Notes: a model not told the origin generated them from the letters alone. A stretch of 64,000 nt of DNA from Myxococcota bacterium (GCA_040386535.1 JAZKFH010000019.1:322186-386185); one strand, 5' to 3'. Positions 10,822-21,536 are shown, numbered from the stretch's first letter. A program made the numbers and translations.

Positions 10822-11517
10822 GTGGGCTTCCTCCTGGCCCTCGTGGTGATGGGGGCCCTCGGCGCCTGCACCCACATGAGCACCGTCACCGGCGCGGTCC
10901 CGCTCGACCCCGGCACGAGCGAGTTCACCGGCGAGCTCCAGGTGAGCCGCGAGCCGAACCTCGTGTCCACGACGACCGGCATCCCGTTGCCCTCGATCGC
11001 GGCGCACTACCGCCGCGGCTTGTCGCGCGACCTCGACCTCGGCATCCACATCTACCCGCTCGGGTTCGGCGCGGACCTGCGCTACCGCTTCCTCGAGGTG
11101 GACGGCTGGCACTTTGCCGTCGCGCCCGGCTTCACCGGCATCGGCCTGCCGATCCCGTCGCTCCAGTACGCGCACCTCGACCTGTTCCTGCCCGTGCGGG
11201 CCGAGCACGCGATCGGCAAGGGCTGGAGCGTCGCGGGCGGGCCGGGCCTCGTGTCCCGCCAGACCTTCTTGAACCTGGAATCCGAGGCGTTGTCCGTGGC
11301 GACCGCCACCTTCGAGGTCTACGCGGGCGGCGGTCTCAGATTGCAACGCACGGGGAAGCGCCTGAAGCTCGGCGTCTCCGTTGACGTTTACGTGGACACG
11401 ACCCGAGCCACGGGCCTGTATGGTGGGCTCGGGTTCGACCTGGGCACGGTCGCTCGTCCACGTGCCAGGGCGGCTTCCGACGAGATAGAGACGCGGGCGC
11501 AAGCGGAGACTGAATGA
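10822..11517 (+). CDS. Hypothetical lipoprotein, probable beta-barrel; paralog of 2919..3581
   Basis: LGAC lipobox; STVTGAVPLDPGT vs GTVQTARPIDPGT; YRRGLSRDLDLG vs RYGISRRMDLG. Confidence 0.6.
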   Translation: MGFLLALVVMGALGACTHMSTVTGAVPLDPGTSEFTGELQVSREPNLVSTTTGIPLPSIAAHYRRGLSRDLDLGIHIYPLGFGADLRYRFLEVDGWHFAVAPGFTGIGLPIPSLQYAHLDLFLPVRAEHAIGKGWSVAGGPGLVSRQTFLNLESEALSVATATFEVYAGGGLRLQRTGKRLKLGVSVDVYVDTTRATGLYGGLGFDLGTVARPRARAASDEIETRAQAETE

Positions 11518-12125
11518 CCTTGATCCTCGCGCTGTTCCTTTCCACCGGCTCGGCCTCGGCCGTCGACGTGGGCGCTGCCGAACACGTCCGCCTCTCCGGC
11601 GACATCGAGCAGCTCGCCAGCCGCCAGCTGTGGACCGGCGTGGAGAAGAAATTCGCCGAGCTCGAGAAGCTCGGGATCGAGATGTCGTACGACGATCTGC
11701 TCCACGGAGCGCAGGCCGCGCGCGCCCTCGGCAACGCGCAGAACGCCTACGATCGCCTGAAGCTCGCGGCCCGCATCAAGGGCACGCGCGAGGTGGTCGA
11801 CTGGCTCTACACGATCGACGCGAACTACGGCCAGGTCATCCTGCTCGCCACCCCGCCCCGCGGCGTCACGCTCGAGGCCACCGAGGTGCCGTTCGACCCC
11901 GACCAGCGCATCTGTGTCGACGCCGCCGCCGAGCGCGTGAAGAAGGAGGGCGGCTTCAGCGGCCTGCTCCCACGCGGCACCTACACGTTCGCGGGCCAGC
12001 AGTTCCCCGTCGAGCCGGGCATCGCCCTGCGCATCGAGGTGAGCCCGAGGATGAAGAAGACCGAGGGCGAGCTCATCAAGGTGACCAGCACGCAGACCGA
12101 GGGCGCCGCCGCCCCGACCCCCTGA
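11514..12125 (+). CDS. Secreted hypothetical protein
   Basis: Short signal peptide ending ASA; helical N-half, beta-rich C-half; ATGA overlap with upstream gene. Confidence 0.7.
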   Translation: MTLILALFLSTGSASAVDVGAAEHVRLSGDIEQLASRQLWTGVEKKFAELEKLGIEMSYDDLLHGAQAARALGNAQNAYDRLKLAARIKGTREVVDWLYTIDANYGQVILLATPPRGVTLEATEVPFDPDQRICVDAAAERVKKEGGFSGLLPRGTYTFAGQQFPVEPGIALRIEVSPRMKKTEGELIKVTSTQTEGAAAPTP

Positions 12126-12138
12126 GCGAGGCGCCGTC

Positions 12139-12375
12139 GTGCTTCGCGTCGTGATCGATGAAAAATTGTGCATTGGTTCCTCAAACTGCATGGAAGAGGC
12201 GCCGGAGGCGTATGAGGTAGACGAGCGCGGCATCGCCGTGCTCGTACGCGTCGCAACCTCTTCCGAGCCCGGCTCCAGCCAGGCTTCGGACGAGGCGCTC
12301 CTCCGGGGAGCGCGTGCCTGCCCGGTCGACGCCATCTGCCTCTTCGACAGCGCCGGTCGGCGCGTCCACCCCTGA
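12139..12375 (+). CDS. Single-cluster ferredoxin (probably 3Fe-4S type)
   Basis: CIGSSNC...APE..ACPVDAI; second Cys replaced by Ser. Confidence 0.85.
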   Translation: MLRVVIDEKLCIGSSNCMEEAPEAYEVDERGIAVLVRVATSSEPGSSQASDEALLRGARACPVDAICLFDSAGRRVHP

Positions 12376-12388
12376 CTCGAGGCCCCCC

Positions 12389-13102
12389 ATGCTTCTCACC
12401 GCCCTCCTCGCGCTCGCCCAGCCCGCCGCCGCCCTCGACGTGAAGTGGTGGGGCATCGGCCCCACCGTGGGGACCATGGCCATCCCGGGGAAGTACCCCT
12501 TCGCGTTCCCCGACAACGCCAAGGACATCGACAACACGCCGCTCGTCGAGAAGATCAACGGGGACATCTCGTTCGGCGCCCGTGGCGTGCTCTACCCCGC
12601 CGCGCGGAGCCGCCTCGGCGCCCGCGCCCTCGTCGGGCTCGGCCTCGGCCAGTCCTGGTCCTCCGGGCAGTTCACGGTCGAATACGACGGCGCCCTGGTC
12701 AACGAGGACGGCTTCCAGCTCCTCGCGGGCGCCGGCATCGGCGCGGGCTTCGAACGTTTCGGCGGCACCTCCGACGCGCCCGACGGCTACCTGCTCGCCA
12801 ACTACTTTCCGGTGCGCGCCCAGCTCTCCGCGCTGCTCCGCGACCGCACGCGCGCCTACGAGCTGAGCTTGTACGGCACGTGGCACATCGTGGCCGACCA
12901 GACCTACCACGCGGTCAAGGGCGACGAGGGCATCACCGGCGCCGAGAGCGACGCGCTGGTGCCCGGCGCGTTGTACGGCGGCTTCGGCATCGAGGCGACC
13001 GTGTTCTTCGGCGACTTCCGCAGCAAGGGCGGTGGTGGTGGTGGTGGTGGCGGCGGTGGTGGTGGTGGTGGCGGTGGTGGTGGTGGTGGCGGACGCGGCT
13101 GA
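12389..13102 (+). CDS. Secreted hypothetical protein (beta-barrel-like) with a poly-Gly tail
   Basis: Signal MLLTALLALAQPAAA; Gly/aromatic strands; 22 consecutive Gly at the C-terminus. Confidence 0.7.
   Translation: MLLTALLALAQPAAALDVKWWGIGPTVGTMAIPGKYPFAFPDNAKDIDNTPLVEKINGDISFGARGVLYPAARSRLGARALVGLGLGQSWSSGQFTVEYDGALVNEDGFQLLAGAGIGAGFERFGGTSDAPDGYLLANYFPVRAQLSALLRDRTRAYELSLYGTWHIVADQTYHAVKGDEGITGAESDALVPGALYGGFGIEATVFFGDFRSKGGGGGGGGGGGGGGGGGGGGGGRG
13028..13093 (+). repeat. (GGT/GGC)n trinucleotide tract encoding Gly22
   Basis: Read directly from the sequence. Confidence 0.95.
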
Positions 13103-14050
13103 TCAGCCGGCGTCGCCGCGCGTGACCCCGAGGCGGGCCGCCAGCGCGGCGGCGTCGAACGGTGCGTGCACCTTCGCGTCGTTGTCGAAGTAGACGAACA
13201 CGTCCCTCCCGCCCGGCGCGCGCGGGGGTGGCTCGGGTGACACGCGCCGGGCGTCGTCGGGCTCGGTGCCCGCGCGCCACGCGCCGAACCGCGCGGCCCA
13301 ACGATCGAGAGCCTCCTCGGTGTAGCCGCTCGTGTAGAGCTCCTTGTCGCCGTGGAGCCGCGCGTAGACGAAGTCGGCGGTCACGTCCTCCATCGTGGGC
13401 CAGCGCCCGGCGGCATCGGCGACGACGAGCGCGACGTTGGCGCCCCGGAGCTGCGCGATGAACGCAGGGTCCGCGAAGCTCGGGTGGCGGACCTCCAGGG
13501 CGTGGCGCATCGGGCGGGCGCCGTCCACCTCGAGGAAGCTGCGGCCCTCCACGCGTTCGTCGTGCTCGGCGCCCAGGAGCGCGGCGGCGGCGTGATCGTG
13601 GGGGAGCAGGGCCAGGAAGGAGCCGACGCGCTCGGCGTCGTAGCGGAACCAGGGCGGGAGCTGCCAGAGGATCGGCCCGAGCTTCTCCGCGAGCGCGAGC
13701 ACCCCGGACGCGAGGAAGTTGGCGAGCGGCACCCGCACGTCGTCGAGGCGGCGGAAGTGGGTGAGGTAGCGGCTCCCCTTCACCGAGAACCTGAAGTCTG
13801 GCGGCGTAACCTCGCGCCAGGACTGGAAGTCCTGGGGGTGCTGCAAGCCGTAGAACGTGCCGTTGATCTCGATGGAGCCGACCCACCGGCTCGCGTAGGC
13901 CAGCTCCGCACGTTGGGGCAGCCCCGCCGGGTAGAAGGTGCCGCGCCAGGGCGCGTAGGTCCACCCCGAGATGCCCACGCGCAGCTCCGGGCCCGGGGGA
14001 AGCTCGACGGGTGCAGGCAGCTCGATCGGGCGGGTCCGGACGTCCGACAT
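13103..14050 (-). CDS. DUF72 family protein
   Basis: RVGISGWTY..W.GTFYP, EINGTFY, FSVKGSRYLTH, KLGPILWQLPP, EVRHPSF, YARLHG, VYFDND. Confidence 0.92.
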   Translation of the reverse strand: MSDVRTRPIELPAPVELPPGPELRVGISGWTYAPWRGTFYPAGLPQRAELAYASRWVGSIEINGTFYGLQHPQDFQSWREVTPPDFRFSVKGSRYLTHFRRLDDVRVPLANFLASGVLALAEKLGPILWQLPPWFRYDAERVGSFLALLPHDHAAAALLGAEHDERVEGRSFLEVDGARPMRHALEVRHPSFADPAFIAQLRGANVALVVADAAGRWPTMEDVTADFVYARLHGDKELYTSGYTEEALDRWAARFGAWRAGTEPDDARRVSPEPPPRAPGGRDVFVYFDNDAKVHAPFDAAALAARLGVTRGDAG

Positions 14051-14186
14051 CTGCGGAGGGTAGGGCGAATCGGTGCCGCACCAAGGGGGAGGGAGCGCAC
14101 CGGGCGTGGTCGGGGGCGGGCGTCCTCGACCGCACCCGAGGCACCGCGCCCTCCGTCGGTCGCCCAGACATCCTCGCCCCGAGACC

Positions 14187-15002
14187 CTACTTGTTCGGCG
14201 GCTGACACCCCGGGCACCAGTACGTGCTCCGCCCGCCCTGGACCATTCGTGCGATGGGCGTGCCGCACACGGGGCACGGCTGGCCCTCGCGCCGGTAGAT
14301 GGGGAAGGGGTTCGAAGAGCGGTCCTCCTCGACGTAGACGATCTCGTCGGCGCCGTCGAAGAGCGCGAGCGTGGCGGCGAGCTGCTCGCGCACCGCGCCG
14401 GGGAGGCGGGCCCGCTGGGCGTCGGTGAGCGCGTCACACGGGGTGCCGGGGTGGATGTGCGCGCGCCACAGCGCCTCCATGACCTGCACGTTGCCGAGGC
14501 CGGCGACCAGCGACTGGTCCATCAGCGCGATCTTGACGGCGCGCGCGCCACGGAGGGCGGGGAGGGGATCGTTCCAGGCGTCCGGGCCGAGCCCTTCTCG
14601 GAGGAGCCGCTGGCCGGCCTCCCAGCGGGTGGGGACGACGCCGCCGAGCAGCCGGGGATCGCAGAAGTAGAGCGCGCTGCCGTCGTCGAGATCGAGGCGC
14701 ACCTTCACGTAGCGGTTGGGGGTGTGGGCCCACTTGCCGGTCATGCCGAGGTGCAGGAGCAGGGCGCCCTCGCCGAAGCGCCAGAGCAGGCGCTTGCCGT
14801 GGCGGAGCACCTCGCCGGGCGGCGCAGCGGTCACGACGGCGCGGAGCTCGGCGGCGCCGTCGGGGTGGCCCGCGGAGGGGCGGTCGCCGCGGTTGACGCG
14901 GACGGAGCGCGGATCCGGTACGTCGACCCCGACGACACGACGCCCGGCCGACCAGCGGACGAGCGTTCGTCGGCAGAACTCGACCTCGGGAAGCTCGGGC
15001 AT
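14187..15002 (-). CDS. mutM: Formamidopyrimidine-DNA glycosylase (Fpg/Nei)
   Basis: MPELPEVE, RHGK, HLGMTG, DPRLLG, LMDQSLVAGLGN, zinc finger CPVC...WCPGCQ. Confidence 0.93.
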   Translation of the reverse strand: MPELPEVEFCRRTLVRWSAGRRVVGVDVPDPRSVRVNRGDRPSAGHPDGAAELRAVVTAAPPGEVLRHGKRLLWRFGEGALLLHLGMTGKWAHTPNRYVKVRLDLDDGSALYFCDPRLLGGVVPTRWEAGQRLLREGLGPDAWNDPLPALRGARAVKIALMDQSLVAGLGNVQVMEALWRAHIHPGTPCDALTDAQRARLPGAVREQLAATLALFDGADEIVYVEEDRSSNPFPIYRREGQPCPVCGTPIARMVQGGRSTYWCPGCQPPNK

Positions 15003-15064
15003 GTCTCTCTCGGTGCTGGTTCACGGGGAGGTCGGGTGTTATCGTGCGCGGCCGCGGAGGTCGC

Positions 15065-15274
15065 ATGCACTCTGAATCGTTCCTGTACCAGTTCGTGCTC
15101 GTGCCGCTCGGCATCTTCGGCACCGCGAGCGTCTGCCTGGCCTTCGCGTTCCTGCTCCCGGGCGTGGGCAACGCGCTCGCCGCGATCTGGACCTTCGTGA
15201 CGCTCGACTGGTTCTACCAGCGCCACCAGGATCAGAAGGCCGCCGCGTCGGACACGACCACCAAGGGCAGCTGA
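15065..15274 (+). CDS. Small hypothetical membrane protein
   Basis: SD GGAGG, hydrophobic core, directly upstream of 15277. Confidence 0.6.
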   Translation: MHSESFLYQFVLVPLGIFGTASVCLAFAFLLPGVGNALAAIWTFVTLDWFYQRHQDQKAAASDTTTKGS

Positions 15275-15276
15275 TC

Positions 15277-15663
15277 ATGTCCGACGTGCTCGCCCCGCCG
15301 CCCGGGAAGGTCCAGGCCATCGGGGTGATGCACCTGATCGGCGGGATCTTCAACTTGATAGGCGCGCTCACCTGGACCATGTTCGGCCTCTCCTGGGGCC
15401 TGGCGACGTTCGGGCTCGGGCTCGTGTTCTGCTGCCCGGTGTTCGTCCTCATCCCGGTCGGGATCCTGGAGATCATCAGCGGCGCCAAGCACCTCTCCAG
15501 CAACCACGCGGGCCTCCAGCCCCCGAAGTCCATCGCCATCGTCGAGATCTGCTGCATCCTGATGTGCAGCACGTTCTCGATGATCTTCGGGATCCTCACG
15601 CTCGTGTTCCTGAGCGACCCGGAAGTGAAGGCCTACTACGAGTCCAAGCAGCTCACGGGCTGA
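15277..15663 (+). CDS. Hypothetical membrane protein (Cys-containing TM helices)
   Basis: PGKVQAI..., three to four hydrophobic segments, C-terminal FLSDPEVKAYY. Confidence 0.75.
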   Translation: MSDVLAPPPGKVQAIGVMHLIGGIFNLIGALTWTMFGLSWGLATFGLGLVFCCPVFVLIPVGILEIISGAKHLSSNHAGLQPPKSIAIVEICCILMCSTFSMIFGILTLVFLSDPEVKAYYESKQLTG

Positions 15664-15689
15664 TCGGACGGTTGGCTGATCGGACGGTT
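15658..15689. repeat. Perfect 16-bp tandem duplication GGCTGATCGGACGGTT x2 covering a stop codon
   Basis: Read directly from the sequence. Confidence 0.9.
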
Positions 15690-15709
15690 GGCGCTCTCGC
15701 CCTGTGCGG

Positions 15710-17050
15710 TCAGGGCGTCCCGGCGGCGGCGAGCGTGATGGTCACGCCCGTCGCGCCCGGCTTGAGCGGCGGGCTGACGCCCAGCAGATCGTCGGGCGAC
15801 TTGGTGACCGGATCGCCGTCCCGGTCGATGCGCGCGGTGATGACGACCTGCTCGGGGGTCGGCATGCCCTTGATCATCGCGTCGTTCGGGCCGAGCGTGA
15901 AGGACCACGGGAAGCTCTGCACGGGCACACGCTTCACCCACGTGGGCGGGCCGCCGGTCACGCCGGGGGCGCGCGCCGAGAGGAACAAGACGTCGCCGGG
16001 CTTCGCCTTCCCGGCCACGCTCGCGTCGAGCGTGATGGTGCCGGTGACGTCGTTCGGGGGGCCCGCGTCGTTGCCGGGGGCCGATCCCGCCGCGCTTGTG
16101 GAGGATGCGGTCTGAGTGGGGACCGACGCGGACGGGCCGGTGCCCGACTTTGCCGCCTCGATGAGCGGCCCCACGGAGGGCGCGAGGGTCGGATCCGCCG
16201 CGACCGCGCGCTCCAGGAACGTGATGGCCTGGGCGCTCTGGCCGGCCTGGAAGTACAGGGCGCCGCGGTAGGCGAGCGCCTCGGCGAAGTCGGGCGCGCC
16301 GGCGAGCACCTTGTCGAGGGCGGTCGCGGCGGTCCCCGCGTCCCCGATGGCGATGAGCACGATCGCCTGGTGGGTGCGCGCCTCGGGATCCTCGGCGTGG
16401 AGCGCCACGACCGCTTCGGCCTGCTGGTACGAGTCCATCAGCTTGCCGGCGTGGAGCAGCGCGTGGCCGAACAGGTTGCGGGCGGCGATGTCGGCGGGCG
16501 CGGCGTCGACCGCGAGCTTGAGCCGCGCGAGCTCGGCCTCCTGGGCGGCGCTCAGGGCGGGGGCGCCCGTTTCCGGCGCTCCGGAGCCGCCGGGGTTGTT
16601 GTTCCCGGTCATGGTGCCGCCCTCGGGCCGGGGGGCGGCGAACTCCTGGAGCGTGAACGCGAGGCCGGCGAGAAACAACATGGCCCCGCCGCCCCACACG
16701 AACCCCACGAGCTTGGGGTTGCGCGCGCCCCAGCCCGTGGCGGTGGGGGCGACCGGAGCAGGCGCGGGCTCGCCGATGGCGTCGAGGTCGCGGAGGACCC
16801 GCGCGGCTTCGAGCTCGAGGCGGCCGCGCTCGGCGACCCACTCCGGGCCGCTCGTGGGGGTGCGGGCGGCGTTGTGCTCGCGCAGGAGCCCGTAGAGGGC
16901 GTCCTTCTGGCGCTCGAGCTCGTCGCGGCGGGTGCGCTCGACGGCCGGGAGGGCGGCGCCGCGGCGGCTCCACGCCACCACGATGGTGCCGAGGAACAGG
17001 GCGGCGACGAGCACGATGACGCCGGGCGTCCAGTCGGTCGGGGGGGTCAA
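15710..17050 (-). CDS. ccmI: Cytochrome c maturation TPR protein (CcmI/CycH-like)
   Basis: Last gene of the ccm operon; two TM helices, TPR repeats, CycH-like C-terminal domain (FPWSFTLGPNDAM...ITARIDRDGD); TTG start after AGGAG. Confidence 0.75.
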   Translation of the reverse strand: MTPPTDWTPGVIVLVAALFLGTIVVAWSRRGAALPAVERTRRDELERQKDALYGLLREHNAARTPTSGPEWVAERGRLELEAARVLRDLDAIGEPAPAPVAPTATGWGARNPKLVGFVWGGGAMLFLAGLAFTLQEFAAPRPEGGTMTGNNNPGGSGAPETGAPALSAAQEAELARLKLAVDAAPADIAARNLFGHALLHAGKLMDSYQQAEAVVALHAEDPEARTHQAIVLIAIGDAGTAATALDKVLAGAPDFAEALAYRGALYFQAGQSAQAITFLERAVAADPTLAPSVGPLIEAAKSGTGPSASVPTQTASSTSAAGSAPGNDAGPPNDVTGTITLDASVAGKAKPGDVLFLSARAPGVTGGPPTWVKRVPVQSFPWSFTLGPNDAMIKGMPTPEQVVITARIDRDGDPVTKSPDDLLGVSPPLKPGATGVTITLAAAGTP

Positions 17051-17651
17051 CGGGACTCCTCGCGGACGCGCCGCAGGTACTCGGCGAGGGCCGGATCGTC
17101 GGGGGGTGGGGCGCCAGGAGTCGAGGTGGTGGGCGCCCCGGAGGTGGGGGTGGACGGTGCCAGCGAGGACGCCTTGCGACGGCCCGCGGCGAGCACGGAC
17201 CACAGGATCCAGCCGCCGCCGCCGAGCAATAGGAGCACCGGCGCGGCCCACACCAGCACGTTCACGCCCTCGAACTTCGGCTCGAGGCGGATGAACTCGC
17301 CGTAGCTCGCCTCGAAGTAGAGGAGGATCTGCTCCTCGTCGTAGCCCTGCCCGACGAGGTCCTGGACCTCGGCGAACATCGCGAGCGCGCTCTCGGAGCG
17401 GCTGTCCGCCACGGAGAGGCCCTGGCACACCGGGCAGCGCATGAGCTTGGCGATGGCGTGGGTCTTCTCGCGGAGGGCGGGGCCGGTCACCGGGGGGCCG
17501 GCGGGTGCCCCGATGAGGTCGGAGGGGTCGATCGCGACTTCCGAGGGGGCGGGCGACATGGCTGGCGCCTCGACCACGACGGGCGGGTCGGGTGCCACGA
17601 TGCCGGTGGGCGCTGGCTCCTGGGCGAGGAGCGCGCCGACGAGGAGGAGCA

Positions 17652-17655
<4 letters not shown>
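17047..17655 (-). CDS. ccmH: Cytochrome c biogenesis protein CcmH
   Basis: MRCPVCQGLSVADS, YFEASYGEFI, LVWAAP. Confidence 0.92.
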
Positions 17656-18313
<658 letters not shown>

Positions 18314-18314
<1 letters not shown>

Positions 18315-20308
18315 CACTTGCTCGCCGCCTCGGCCGCGAGCGGGGCGGACACGACCGCGCCCTTGGGGCCGCGCGAAGGCACCAGCGACATCATCGTGCC
18401 GAGCGCCGCGAGGCCTGCGCCGAGCCAGATCCAGACCACGACCGGCTTGCGGAACATGTGCACGCCGACGATGTCGCCGTTGATGCTCATCAGCGAGAGG
18501 TAAAGGTCGTAGCCGAGCGTGGTGCGCACGTCGGGCGAACCGATGGGCGTCATCATGCCGGGGTAGTTGGCGAGGGCAGGGGAGATCAGGGCGGACGCGC
18601 CGTCCTTGCTCGCGCGGAAGTCGGCGATCTGGAGCGTGCGGTTCGACTCGACGACCGTGCGCGCCTGCTCGAAGCAGATGTCGTAGCCCTCGAAGGCGAA
18701 ACAATCGCCCTTGGACATGCGAGTCTCCGCGTCGACCCCGTAGGCGGACGACATCGCGATCGCGAGGATCATGAAGATGACGCCGAGGTGCACGATGTAG
18801 CCGCCGATACGACGGTTGCTCTGCGCGAGCGCGCGGGGGAGGGCGGAGAAGAAGTTGCCGCCGGGCCCCATCGCCACGGCCTGCGCGCGCACGGGCGCCA
18901 CGAGCTCCCTCAGCGTGACGAAGATGGAGAAGCCGCCACACCCGAGGGTGAGCAGCGGCCACGGCTCACGCAGCCCCGCGGCGAGCCCGCCGACCACGGC
19001 GGCGGCCCCTAGCACGAGCGGAGGCAGCACCTGGCCGCGCACCTTCGCCATCGACGCCTGCCCCCACGGGAGCGCCGGCCCGACGCCCATGAGGAACAGG
19101 ATGGCGACGCCGATCGGCACGGCCATGCGGTTGAAGTAGGGCTCGCCGACGGAGAGCTTGACGCCGCGGACGGCCTCGGCGAGGAGCGGGAACGTGGTGC
19201 CGACGAGCACGGTGAAGGTTAGCGCCACGAACAGGAGGTTGTTCAGGAGGAACGCTGTCTCCCGGCTGACCACCGCCGAGACGGCGCCTTCGCCCTCGAG
19301 CTTGTCGATGCGCAGCGCGAGCAGCACCACCGAGAACACCAGGCAGACGGAGAGGAACGCGAGGATCGTCGGCCCGATGTCGGACTGGCTGAACGAGTGG
19401 ACCGAGTTGAACACGCCGCTGCGCGTCATGAACGTGCCCAGCAGCGTCAACAGGAAGCTCGCGATCACGAGCGTGACGGTCCACCCCTTCAGGGCGCCGC
19501 GACGGTGCGGCAACATGGCTGCGTGCAGCGCGGCGGTGGCCGTGAGCCAGGGCAGGAGCGAGGCGTTCTCGACGGGGTCCCACGCCCAGTAGCCGCCCCA
19601 TCCGAGCACCTCGTAGGCCCACCAGCCGCCCAGCGTGATGCCGACGGTGAGGAAGCCCCACGCGACCAGCAGCCAACGGCGCAGCGGGGCGATCTGCGAC
19701 GCCTCCAGCCGGCCCGCGAACAGCGCGCCGACCGCGATTCCAAACGGAATCGTCATCCCGACGTAGCCCAGGTAGAGCATCGGCGGGTGGATGATCATCA
19801 ACACGTGGTTCTGCAGGAGCGGGTTCGGGCCGGGCCCATCCAACGGGATGGGGTTCGGCGCCGGGAGGAAGGCGTTGGCCGGCCCCGCGAGCAGGAAGCA
19901 GAAGAACGTGCCCACGGCGAGCCACACACCGGTGGCCCACGGCATCGTGGAGGGGTTCTGGTCCTTGTTCGACCAGGTGGCCGCCGCCACGTACACGCCG
20001 AGGACGAGGCCCCAGAAGAGGATCGACCCCTCCAGCGAGGACCACAGGCTCACGATGGTGATGTGGGTCGGCGAGTCGATGCTGCCGACCTGGGCGACGT
20101 ACCGCACCGAGAAGTCGTGGGTGAGGAGCGCGTACTCCATGGTCACGTTCGCCAGGATCATGCACGCGGAGAACCCGTATGCGAGGCGACGTGCCCACAT
20201 CCACCCGGTGGCCGAGCGCATCGCGCCCGCGCCGAAGCCCGCCACCGTGCCGGCCGCCGCGCAGGCGAGGCCGAGGAGCACGAAGGCCTGGCCGATGTAG
20301 CCGGTCAT
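18314..20308 (-). CDS. ccmF: Heme lyase CcmF
   Basis: NPLLQ, HPPMLYLGY, WAYEVLGWGGYWAWDPVENASLLPW, TRSGVFNSVHSF. Confidence 0.97.
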
Positions 20309-20727
20309 TTGTCTTCCAACGTCGTGAGCGTGGGCTTCTCGCCTTCCGCGGGCGCCCGGTATTCGTTGTCGTGCTTCACCATCATCCGCGTGCTCTGGAA
20401 CTGCCCGGCCTTGTCGACCGTGCCCTCCACCACCACGCCGATGCCCTCGCGGAACATCTGCGGTGGCACCTCGCGGGTGCTCACCGGGATGGTGGTCGTG
20501 CCGTCAGTGACGCGGAAGTTGAGCACCTGCCCGTCGGGGATGAGGGAGCCGGGCTCGACGAGGCCGCCGAGGCGGATCGTGGCGCCGATCGCCTTCTCCT
20601 TCGCGGCCACCATCTCGGTGGGGCTCCAGTAGTAGACGAGGTTCTCGCCCAGATCGCCCACGGCGATGTAGGCCAGCGCGCTGCCCGCGACGAGGACGGC
20701 ACCGAGTGCCCAGAGCTTGTTGGTCAT
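20305..20727 (-). CDS. ccmE: Heme chaperone CcmE
   Basis: NLVYYWSPTE, IRLGGLV, PQMFREG.GVVVEG, KHDNEY (HxxxY). Confidence 0.95.
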   Translation of the reverse strand: MTNKLWALGAVLVAGSALAYIAVGDLGENLVYYWSPTEMVAAKEKAIGATIRLGGLVEPGSLIPDGQVLNFRVTDGTTTIPVSTREVPPQMFREGIGVVVEGTVDKAGQFQSTRMMVKHDNEYRAPAEGEKPTLTTLEDK

Positions 20728-20855
20728 TGCTGCCCCTTCACCGACTTCTGCCGCAGCCGGAGCTGCATGGACACCGCGTAGATCACGAGCACGGCGAACG
20801 TGAGGCCGTAGGCCCCCCACACGTACTCCCAACCGCCCTGGATCATCCCGGTCAT
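20724..20855 (-). CDS. ccmD: Heme exporter protein D
   Basis: GGWEYVWGAYGLT; 43 aa; lies between ccmC and ccmE. Confidence 0.85.
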   Translation of the reverse strand: MTGMIQGGWEYVWGAYGLTFAVLVIYAVSMQLRLRQKSVKGQQ

Positions 20856-21532
20856 GCCGCCTCCAGTTCCGTCATCTCCGCCGCGAGCCGCTGCCGCGCG
20901 ATCCGGTAGCGCCGGACCACGAGCCAGATCGCGATGAAGAGCAACGCGAACGCATTGATGCGCAACGGGGTCACCATCGACCCGTCGACCGTCGCCGGCG
21001 AGCTCTGCACCTGGTGCAGGGACCGCCACCAGCGGACGGAGAAGTAGACGATCGGCACGTCAACATACGCGATGATCGAGGCCACCGCAGTCCACGTGGC
21101 GCGGCGCTTCGGCTCGTCCACGAACGTACGGAGCGCGAGGATCGCGGCGAACGCGAGGACGAGCACCGCGGTCGTCGTGAGGCGCGGATCCCAGTCCCAC
21201 CACACGCCCCAGGTCGGCCGGGCCCAGATGCTGCCCTGGCAGAGCAGGAGGCACCCGAGCACCACGCCCACCTCGATGCCGGCCTCCTGCAGGGCGTCCC
21301 AGCCCCACGTGCCCCGCCACAACCACCCGATCGAGACAAAAAATACCATCGTGAACACGAGCAGCGTGGCCCAGGCCGTCGGCACGTGGACGTACATGAT
21401 CCGCATCACGTCGCCCATGAAGCGGTCGGGTGGGGCCACGAACAGCCCCTCGAAGCTGCCCCAGAGGAGCAGGAGCAGGCCGAAGAGGCCGACCACGTGC
21501 TCCCACCGCTGTTGCAAGACCTGGCGGTTCAT
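20852..21532 (-). CDS. ccmC: Heme exporter protein C
   Basis: RIMYVHVP, GSIWARPTWGVWWDWDPRLT, SVRWWRSLHQ. Confidence 0.96.
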   Translation of the reverse strand: MNRQVLQQRWEHVVGLFGLLLLLWGSFEGLFVAPPDRFMGDVMRIMYVHVPTAWATLLVFTMVFFVSIGWLWRGTWGWDALQEAGIEVGVVLGCLLLCQGSIWARPTWGVWWDWDPRLTTTAVLVLAFAAILALRTFVDEPKRRATWTAVASIIAYVDVPIVYFSVRWWRSLHQVQSSPATVDGSMVTPLRINAFALLFIAIWLVVRRYRIARQRLAAEMTELEAA

Positions 21533-21536
21533 CGGG

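Noticed and set aside
14054..14156. Multi-stem GC-rich structure upstream of DUF72 as a riboswitch
   Set aside because: A leaderless-type -10 box sits 6 nt before the DUF72 start, so this would not be a 5' UTR; G-U pairs favour the opposite strand and no family motif is recognisable. It may act as a mutM terminator.
12933..14171. ORF with poly-His runs suggesting a metal-binding protein
   Set aside because: The His runs are the reverse complement of the GGT poly-Gly tract; the frame overlaps DUF72 out of frame
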